DNA of 64,000 nucleotides, from NCBI GenBank assembly GCA_050230475.1, contig JBFLGF010000094.1:1-64000 (forward strand), in the 5' to 3' direction. The notes beneath the pieces were generated by a model. The model was not told the origin of the DNA, made no database searches, and saw nothing but the letters and a program-made list of their open reading frames with translations. The position numbers and the translations under genes were made by a program. Below, one piece after another: positions 24,402 to 33,578 of this stretch. The DNA comes from Ancylonema sp. Lineage: Eukaryota. Positions within the stretch are counted from its first letter, which is position 1. Each line of letters starts with the position of its first letter.

Positions 24402-27226
24402 TTATGGCGCTCCAAGATACGTCCTCTCCTTCTTCGGGAGGGGGCTGATGGTTTGCACGGAGAGAGGAGGAAACAAAGAACTCGTTAGCCAAAAAGGTTC
24501 CATAGAAAGTGGGTCGATAGCTGATAGCGGAAATTGATTTTGATTTTGGTTTTAGTTTCGTCCCTTGCTGCCGTTGGCATCACTATTGGTTTTGTGAAAC
24601 CGAAACTCCTTCAGTGTGAACAAAAATACATGGAAGGAGGACGTTACCAACACCTGATGTACACAGGTCGTAGGAGCATGAGGTATCGAGCAGAGAGCGG
24701 AGTACAAAGATGAGAGGAGTACTCACCGTCCTTCCAGAGCTGCGACAACGTCTGACTCGAAATCTTTGGGGTCTGCAATGGGCTTGTAGCGTCGAATCGG
24801 GATGCCGTTGCGGTCCACCAGAAACTGCGTAAGAAAGGAGAAAAGTTTGTTCCCCTTCTTCTTACATTTCTCTTTCTTTTTCTTAGTTTCCATGAGCACA
24901 AGTGGGTTTTGGTTTGAGCCGCTAAAAAAAAAAAAAAAAAAAAAAAAACAACTGCGACATAGCCTTGTTGGTGGAAGAGTGTTTGTTACTGCAAAGTTTA
25001 TAGACGTACGACAACAAGCACAAGCACAAGCATAACACCATGACGAGATTGGGATTCCACAAAATGATTTCACATGACTCACTTTTGTGTAGTTCCACTG
25101 CAACCCGACCACCAATAGTTGGGATTCCACCAAACATAAAACATAAAACACAAACAAGTCGGTCAGATGGCTTGCTTCTCCCCCCCCCGCCAACCATCAC
25201 GGTATAAGCAACGTCTACACTCAACAACGCTGACGTCATCACCACGTCTACCCCACAAGGTCACAAGGTTCTTCTCCCCACGCCCCCCTCAAACAAATAC
25301 AATCGTCACCCATTCGTCTTGAAGAGTTTCCCGTCCCCCACCTCAATCTCCCCCGCCTGCCGTTTCTTCAAGAAGGCATACAGAGGGTGGGTGGTGGAAC
25401 CCTTGACGTCAATCTGAACAGGGGGGGGGAGGAGGCAACATGTGTTCTCCGAACAGAAGGCATGACACACATGGGGGAAGAGAGAGAGAGGGCGAAGGCA
25501 GGAAGGACGACAGAGGGGAGGTAGATGAAGGTACCTTGTCAAAGACAGGGAACTAGTCGAAGGGGGACGTTGAAGCACCAGAGCACAAGAGCAGAACAAA
25601 GATTGGATACTCAGTAACCAGTCAGACACAGACACATAGACACACAGACGCGGTTTTTTTCTGGTCTTGTGCGACAGCTTGAATCACCTCTTTGTGCTTC
25701 ACTTCCGGGTTTGGTGTCTGCAGCAGCGGGAATCAATATGATAACCTTAATACAACCCTGCTACCTGCTACAGTCCTGCTACAGCCCTGCTGCAGCTGTG
25801 CAACAGCCCTGCTCTGCTTCCTCTGTACCTGGAACCCAAACTTTTGGTAGGCGTACTCTCGTTCCTCATCGCTGGACCCAGGAGCCTGACCACCAAACTG
25901 CACACAAGGAGGGGAGAACAAAACGTGGTGGCAAAATGAAGCATCTCCATACACAATTTGCCTTCTGCTTTGTGCAGTTTGGGTACCTGGTTGCAAGGGA
26001 AGGCCAGCACAGTGAACCCCTGGACCCAAGAGGGAGGGGGGGAGAAGGGGAGGGGGGGAGGGAGAAGGAAAAAAAGGGAGAGTGGGTGAATTCGGGTCCT
26101 ACATTTGGTTGCCATACACACAGAGTACGACCGAAGAGTAAGGCTGTGTGAGTCAACAAAAGAGTCATTGGCTTCGACATATCAGCAGATGGCATTTTGA
26201 TAGCACACGATTCCTTGTCTTCAGCGGCAGATAGGGGGGTGGAGTGGCTAACCTGCATGGCTGCCATTTAAAATTATATGATGTCAATATGAGCGCGTAA
26301 AAGAATGCATATGTTTTAAGATTCGTGTTTTTGACCTCACCTCGGATTCGTATTTGTTCCACAAATACCGAAGCCCTGCGATGAGAACCAAAAAAGAAGT
26401 TGGAAATGGCGTGGAGAGGACGCAAGGGCTGTGTTATTAGGACAACAAAATGAATGAAACACGTAGTCGAGATGAAAAGAAACCAACAGTATGTTGGAGG
26501 TATCAAAAAGGTCTCTGGAGGTATCAAAAAGGAAACAAGTGCTAACGAGCTGTGGTCTGACGGCAAGGTGGGCGCATGTGGCTTACCAGGATAGTTCTGC
26601 GCAGACATACACAGATATCGGACAGGTGTCAGATGGGGAGGTCAACGGACACAACTTGTAGTCCCTCTGAAATGATATTTGGTGCTGTGGCTCGATAAAT
26701 TATTGGAGTACGAGTTCACACATTGGTTTAGTTCGGAAAAGTCACATGCCTTGACATGACACGGTCAATTCGCATGCTATCACTTCTGATTGAGAATGAA
26801 AATCGCAGCACCAGTCCCCTTGTTGACCTGTCATTGACTTCTTTCTCTTTTTGGCTTTGACTTAATTGTCCCGTTGACTTTCTCCTTGACCAGTACGGAC
26901 CGGCATCCACGTGGACAGTAAGGCCTACCACGTTTTGCAGGGGTCAGGCAGACGCGATGTTGAGCACCACTGCCACCTGGCACTCAGAAGGAAGAAATGC
27001 ACTATTTACGACAAATGAAATCGTTTCGCCTGTCAATGTATAGCAGGGAATGTGGACGTTGTAGCACGCGGTGCACCGAAAAGTAACACAAGGGAGCAGA
27101 CTCCATTTGTGTACCATGCCTGACCTTGTTTTCATAGGCCTTCAGCGGGGCGGGTTCTTCCTTGTAAGTCATCGTGAAATCGTACACTGAGTTCTCTTCA
27201 CTCGCAAATGCCCCTGACAGATTCAT
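24402..27226 (-). CDS. GPX: Selenocysteine-containing glutathione peroxidase (11 coding exons; 5' end uncertain)
   Basis: GT-AG exons: 27226-27125, 26976-26929, 26596-26587, 26375-26341, 26019-25987, 25897-25829, 25552-25535, 25413-25342, 25097-25083, 24824-24727, 24444-24402. They splice in frame to ...SVYDFT...VAVVLNIASA(U)PLQNVNYPGLRYLWNKYESEGFTVLAFPCNQFGGQAPG...FPVFDKIDVKG..HPLYAFLK..IEWNYTKFLVDRNG..RRY...LGAP*. The TGA is at 26946-26944. Confidence 0.93.
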
Positions 27227-28338
27227 GGTTCAAGGTTGAATGTCTAGAGATCAGGGTCAGGGTGAGGGTTAGGGAGATCAGGTTCGCAGACTTCATATTG
27301 TAACGACCACACAGCAACCAATGGCAGAGAGCCTGTCAGTGCCCCGTCCCAAGCTCAGAACCAGGACGAGTTACTGCAACGAATCCGTGGAAAGAGGACT
27401 GATTGACAAAAAGAGGAGGATAAGGAGTAACGATGTCAGTGAGAAACAACTCGTACTGTGGAATTTGTTACGCAGCCACACCTGGTGCGTACAGAAGAGG
27501 CACAGCCAGTCCGCTTCCGAGCAGCACTTGTCGTCTGGAAGAAGCGAACCCGGACGGGACTAACGGCTCGTGTTCTAACGAGGAGCATACCACACGATTG
27601 TGTGTTTGGATACGCTGCCGAGTCACCGCCTCGAGACTGCGGACGGTAGATTCTGTTCATCAGGCAGCGGTGAAGTGAACGATTAGAGCATACTGGACAA
27701 CGTCCTGCCTGGAGAGGACTGTAATGGATTGTTGGCCTTTGCGCGCCGTGGACACCTCGGCGCTCGTTATGGATATTTTTTGTTTGCATTGTTGCTTTCT
27801 GCTTACAGATTACAGTTTCGAAGCCAGCACTCCGGTCGAGAACGATACAACGAGACAATGTCAATGGAATGATGTGCGATCAGCCCGTCGAAACGTACCA
27901 GAAAAAGAAAGAAATTATTATATCTGTCCTGTAAGCTAGTACGTTGTACTGTATACATCTCTCCGAAGTACCCTGAAATTCATATGTGGCAGAATGTCAG
28001 CATCCCACCTTGAAGATTTCGAATTTTGCGCTGACTTCCCTCACTACATTCGCCTCTCAATGCCGGGGGGGACATGACAAAGTATGTTGCAGCCATGGAC
28101 GCCATGATGCCGAGTGGAGCGCTGCTGATGGAGCAATGGCTGCAGTCTTAGTCTGCCATACATCGGCCCTCGTGACCGTCCGTACTGATGGCTGTACCGT
28201 TCCTGAGGACGGTGGGACCTCCTCTGGCGCTAGCATCCGACCGTACGTAGAGCGCCACACCGTGGGTTAACGCCGGCGCAAGAAAATGCTGGCGCTAAAC
28301 GACTCCTGTTCACCGATGTTTGACCAATCTACCGATCC

Positions 28339-28763
28339 ACGTAGGTAGACTTAACACGTGCCTCGTGGCCGTCTTGACAAATCTCTATCAATTGACGACT
28401 GGTCCACGTCAAATGCATGACTGCCACGTGCGTGCCTGCCGGAACCTCGAACTGGCGCCCAACCAGCCAGTTCGCCCTAGCAGGAAATTCAGTGAACAAA
28501 AATGGCGACCCGTCTATCGGGCACGTGGAAACAGCGGCAACGTGGTGGGCAAGGCTGTGAGTCATAGTGGTATGAACTGTCGCGCCCGACAGGGCCGCCG
28601 TTCTGTTAGCTACACGTGCTGAGATAATCACAACTTGTAGGATCCACGCGTGTAACGTGGTTCGGTGGGGCCATATCGGTCATCCTCATCTGGTAACGAT
28701 GGACACTTGTCAGCGTTTCGGGAGGGGTTGGATCGCTTTCCAGCCCGTTCTCCAACGACGTGG
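28339..28763. promoter_or_regulatory. Cluster of ACGT-core G-box/ABRE-like elements
   Basis: Nine ACGT cores in ~430 bp, including four CACGTG (28355, 28425, 28522, 28613), directly upstream of the LEA ORF. Confidence 0.6.
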
Positions 28764-28996
28764 GGGTACCAAGGTCCTTCAGGACCGATGCACCACTTTC
28801 CTTCAATGCTCTCCAGCCTCTTACATTTCTGTTCATAATCCTTCCGGACAACAAATTTTACGTTCCAATATTTCTTTGGCAGTAAGGAGACAGGCGTCAA
28901 GAATAAAGAGACCAGTGCTCAGGCAGGTGAAGCAGATTGCCAGACCTTCGAGCAGGGGCGACAGGGATTTGAACAAGATACAATTCAGGTAGCAGA

Positions 28997-30193
28997 GTGG
29001 GAATGCAATATGATGCACGAGAGGCAGGTGGTGACGCGGCCCAGAAGGCCCAAGAGAAGGGTGAAAAGGCTACACGGAAGGCCCAGGAGAAAGGCGGAGA
29101 ATATGCTCAGAAGGCCCAGGAGAAAGGCGGAGAATATGCTCAGAAGGCCCAGGAGAAAGGCGGAGAATTCGCACAGAAGGCTCAGGAGAAGGGCAGTGAA
29201 GTCTCCGAGCAAGCTCAGGATGTAGCCGGCCAGGCGAAAGAGCGCGGAGGCCAGCTGGTCGAAGAGGGGACGAAGAAGACCAAGGATGTCCAGGAGAAGG
29301 TGTCCCAGCAAGCAGGGGCAGTGAAGGACCGAGCCGGAGAGATGTGGGAGGGTGAGCAGGGCGAGAAGGTGCGAGAGACCGCCCGTTCTGCCAAAGACAA
29401 AGTAGGGCAAGCTGCCCAGGAGGCCAAGTCGCAGGGGAAGGAGTTCTACAAGGAAATCACTGAGGAGGGTGAAGGCACGGGCATTGGAGGCGCAGCTGGC
29501 CGCAGGGCCAAAGAGGGAGCCCATCAGGCTGGCCAGTTCATTACTGGTGGAGAGGATGGCCAGGGTGGCCTACCGCAGATGGCCGGCCAGTTCTTGGGAG
29601 CCATGCGGGCTCAGGGAGGTGGCATCGGTCAGGAAACTGAGTCGCTTGGCAAGGGAATGGAGCAGATTCGAGGCACCGCTGTCCAGGCCTGGGAGCAGAT
29701 TCCTTCTGAGGCCAAGGAGACTGTGGCTGCGGGTGGCAAGAAGGCGGCAGAAGTGACGGAGCGCCTGTTAAATAAAGTAGCGGTTCTTCTGGAGAAGGCT
29801 CTGGATTTCGCTGACAACAAGCTGTTTGCTCAGGAGGATGAGGATGAGGATGATGTGGAGAAGGGTCATACTTCCGGTGGTGGAAGCGGTGGCGGCCAAG
29901 GTAGTGAAGGTGGAGGGGGTATTTTGGGTGGAATCACTGCGCCGCTGCTGTCTAAGCCGGCTGCGGAACTGAAGAAGCTGCAGAAGGAGACGGAGAAGAA
30001 GAAGAAGGACAAGAAGAAGGAGAAGAAGAAGGGGTGGGCCAAGACGGTGGCGCAGGTGGTGGGTGGAGTGGTGTTGCTGTTGCTTCTCACCATGATGCTA
30101 TTCTTCCTCGGTTTCTTTCTGCTGCCGGTGCTGCTCATTGCGCTGCTGCTGATGCTCATTGGGTTCCAGTGCTATGCATGCTGTGGAGTATAA
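28997..30193 (+). CDS. Group-3-like LEA protein with C-terminal hydrophobic anchor (first ATG 29003; true 5' end uncertain)
   Basis: 398-codon ORF with 33-bp/11-aa repeats AQKAQEKGGEY and a hydrophilic A/Q/E/K/G body. An acidic patch and Lys run precede ~35 hydrophobic residues and a CYACCGV tail. Confidence 0.85.
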   Translation: MGMQYDAREAGGDAAQKAQEKGEKATRKAQEKGGEYAQKAQEKGGEYAQKAQEKGGEFAQKAQEKGSEVSEQAQDVAGQAKERGGQLVEEGTKKTKDVQEKVSQQAGAVKDRAGEMWEGEQGEKVRETARSAKDKVGQAAQEAKSQGKEFYKEITEEGEGTGIGGAAGRRAKEGAHQAGQFITGGEDGQGGLPQMAGQFLGAMRAQGGGIGQETESLGKGMEQIRGTAVQAWEQIPSEAKETVAAGGKKAAEVTERLLNKVAVLLEKALDFADNKLFAQEDEDEDDVEKGHTSGGGSGGGQGSEGGGGILGGITAPLLSKPAAELKKLQKETEKKKKDKKKEKKKGWAKTVAQVVGGVVLLLLLTMMLFFLGFFLLPVLLIALLLMLIGFQCYACCGV

Positions 30194-32087
30194 ATGTTAG
30201 AGACAGATGAGGCACTGCCTGGTGAAATAAAATTGATTTTACACCTGATGGAGGGTGTGGAAACTTAGGGATCTGGACCGAAAGATGATCTGGTTTGTAC
30301 CATGTAGAGCAATGCTCTTGGGATCTTTAGAAATAGTTTTCTAGACGCATATAATGTTAGATGGTATATTTTAGGGGGGACATATATTTCATCCTTCACA
30401 TTGTGGAGTAATAATTCGGCGAGGTGGAAAGGAATTCTACAAAACTAGAAGAGGAGTGGGAGAACTTTATATTTTTGTAGGTTGAAACATGCCGAAGGGG
30501 TTAGGTGTTGAACAAGCAGATGTTTTTCTTCACACCAATACATTCAGTTTTCAATTTTAAAATTGTTGCTTTGCTCACGATCATGTTAATGATTATTGAA
30601 CTTCATAGTTCTACTTTTTTTAATTTGCGATTGTAACTTGGGTTTACAATAGTGTAACAATGTGAAAATGTGATAAAAGTCTACGATATATTATCAACCC
30701 CAAGAGCATGCACACTGTCATAATAATGTTTGAAGTAGACTATTTGAAGTTAAATGGTGCAACACTATCTTCCCCTGCATGAGTATGACATTGTATAGTT
30801 TCATAATGCGTGCGAACGACATTTTCATCATGAAATTTTATTTTGAATTGTTCACATCCTTTGAGTTCTGCACATACAACACTCTAACATCTACTGAACT
30901 TGGCGAAGTATATGGCATTTATCGCATGCCTATGATGAGAGGATGTGTTTGAAACCGTGTCAATTCCACTCTTGAACCCGGTGTGTGACTTGGAGTTACT
31001 CTCTCAAAATCCGTTAGCGGAGATAGCAAAATATTTTGGCCTTAAAATGGTGCGTAGGAATGTGACACACAAAGTTTGAAAATACTTTGAAAAGTAGCTT
31101 CAAATCAGAAAGCAGAGATTGTATATAATCATCATATGGTGTGTATCCGTTAAATGTAATGTACCATGTCATTTGTCGCATTCTTCTTATACTCTTACAA
31201 ACCACTATATAACTGTCGAATAATATAAACTTTAGACCGGTCAATCTGTTATCGTAGTCGCAGTCCGTTCTATGAACGCCTTATATTGTATATTGTTGGC
31301 AAGTACCATGATCATGTTGTCAGTGCAATGTCATGTGCGAAGTGATTATGTGTGCTCTCAATAGAGTATTATCACGAACAAGATGATATTACGAAGTTAC
31401 ATTTCGATGTTCCGTTTTTGCCAAGGGGGGTGCGTCTGCGAGCTGGCTCGGATCTACCTCGAAACAAGCTGACTCGTAGACTGGCTCGCAGACTGGCTAG
31501 CAGGAGCAACTATGGTCAATACCATGGCTTGTTACAGCTGAGAGTTCCAAAACCGAAATGCCACAATACATTACAAAAGTTCCACATCTTGCATAAGAAA
31601 CAATGTAGCCAGATTTGAAGCAGGCATACTCATCACAATAGAAATATACCATTTCAGGGAGCAAAATGAAGAGCTCATCGTCAAACATAACCCTAGTGTT
31701 GCATAGCAAGCGCATGTAAGCGCTAGCTATGGGCTACAAACATAATTTCCTTGCCCATTTTTATGAATCACAAGCCCTTCTCTTGCAACAGACCACGTCA
31801 TGCAACACTAGTTCCACCCCCCCCCCACCCCTCTTGGCCTTTCCCCTCAATATAAAGAAACTATCACGTTATCCACTTGCCTGCAAAAAACAAGTGGAGC
31901 CTTCCCTTCTATCAAAATTTCCACACTCCCAAGCTTCCAACCCTTTCTCTCCGTATCCTACACTCGCTCCTCCTTCAACCATCTTACCACCCACCTCCTA
32001 CCCGTCCAAAATCTCGCCACACCTCCCACCATCACGACCCCGACCAAACCCACCCCTTCTCTCTACCCCCCCCCCCGCCCTCCTCTC

Positions 32088-33513
32088 CTAACTCCGCCCC
32101 CTACTCTTCAACAACTCGTTAATATCTACATCCTTCTCCTTCCCAATCCTCGTCAAACTCTCTGCATTCGACGGCTCAATCTGCTTCAGTGCCGCCACCG
32201 CCAAGTCCACTCGATTCGGTCCCTCCTCCATCTTCCCACACATGCCCTCCAAACATGCCTCCAAATACTTGGCCCCTCCGACCACACACTCCCCCAAAAC
32301 GAACCCAATGCACTTGGTAGCGGGGGGGAGGTCCATGACCAGGTCGTCCAGCATGCCTGCAATTTCCAGGAAACCTCCCGCAATCGCGCTTTCTGCCACC
32401 ACCGCCCCCTCCACCAGGTGCAGCAGCAGTTTTGTCACCAGCCCTTGCTCCCTCTTCCCCTTTTCTGCCGCCAGCAGCAGGGCCTCCTGCACCACCTGGG
32501 CATGCAGGCTGGGCGACTTCAGGTCGCTCACACACACCCCAGCCTCCTTCACATCCCCCACGTTGAAAAGCTCGTCCAGCAACGAGACCGTCTTCTGCTT
32601 CCCACTCGGCTCCCACTTCATCTCCTTCTCCTTCTCCTTCTCCTTCTCCTCCACCTTCTTCTCCTCCCCCCCACCGCCAGCCATCGTTTTCCCGCCACCC
32701 GCCCCCGCTGCCGCCGCCTTGCTGGCGTCCTGCTTTGCCGCCATTGGCCGAATCTGCCCCGTCAGCGCGGACGCCTTGCTGGCGGCCGGCATCTTCCCCC
32801 CCAGAAACGGCATCTCCTCCCCCATCGCCAGTACAGCTGTCGCACTCCCTGCAGCAGCCCCCGCCACCCTCGGCCTCCTCATCAACCCCACCTCCAACCC
32901 CTCCCGGTCCACCCTCCCCCCCCCCCCCCCCCCCAGGGCCGCCGTCCCCGTACTGGGCGCCCCAGGCATCGCCATCCCCACCCCCCCCCACGCGTTCGCG
33001 AATCCCCCCCCCCCCGCCCCCCCCCCCCCCGCCCCCGCCCCCGCCCCCCGCCCTCAGCCCTGCCGCCGACCCCGCCCTCAGCCCCAACCGCTGCTCTGCC
33101 TCCGCGTGGATCTGCGTCAGAGTCATGGCGCGGATCTCCTCCCGACGCGGGACCCACTTGTTGGCTCGCGTGTCCAGAACGTTCTTGCAGCCGAACCGGA
33201 GGCGGGGCTGCACGGCCGGGTTGAGGCAGATTTCGGTGACTCGGTCGTAGTACTTCTCGCGGACTTTGGCACCCTTGGGGGACTCGTCCATCTGTTTCCC
33301 GATGTTGAGTAGGAGCTGGTTGAGGGCCTCCACGTTCTCCTCCTCGGGGATCACTTTGGGGTCGTCGCCGAGGAGCTCCTGGGGGAGGGGGGGGGGAGGG
33401 ACACAATGTGTAGTGTTTAGCTCTCTGGGATTCATGATCCTGCCATGTACTTATTGCAACAAAGTTGGGAACAAGAAAGAAAAACAAACAAACAAACAAA
33501 AACAAAACAAAAC

Positions 33514-33578
<65 letters not shown>

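Noticed and set aside
26944..26946. TGA as a simple nonsense mutation (GPx pseudogene)
   Set aside because: It sits exactly on the catalytic codon, all exons and splice sites are intact, and a SECIS-like element is present.
27331..27660. Upstream GPx exons encoding a transit peptide
   Set aside because: Plausible, but I could not join them in frame with convincing splice sites, so the 5' end is left unresolved.
28985..29524. Long antisense/alternate-frame ORFs over the LEA, eIFiso4G and retroelement regions
   Set aside because: Shadow ORFs caused by GC-rich, repetitive coding sequence.
32916..33050. Programmed frameshift in eIFiso4G
   Set aside because: The break lies in long poly-C homopolymers, so a sequencing indel is far more likely.
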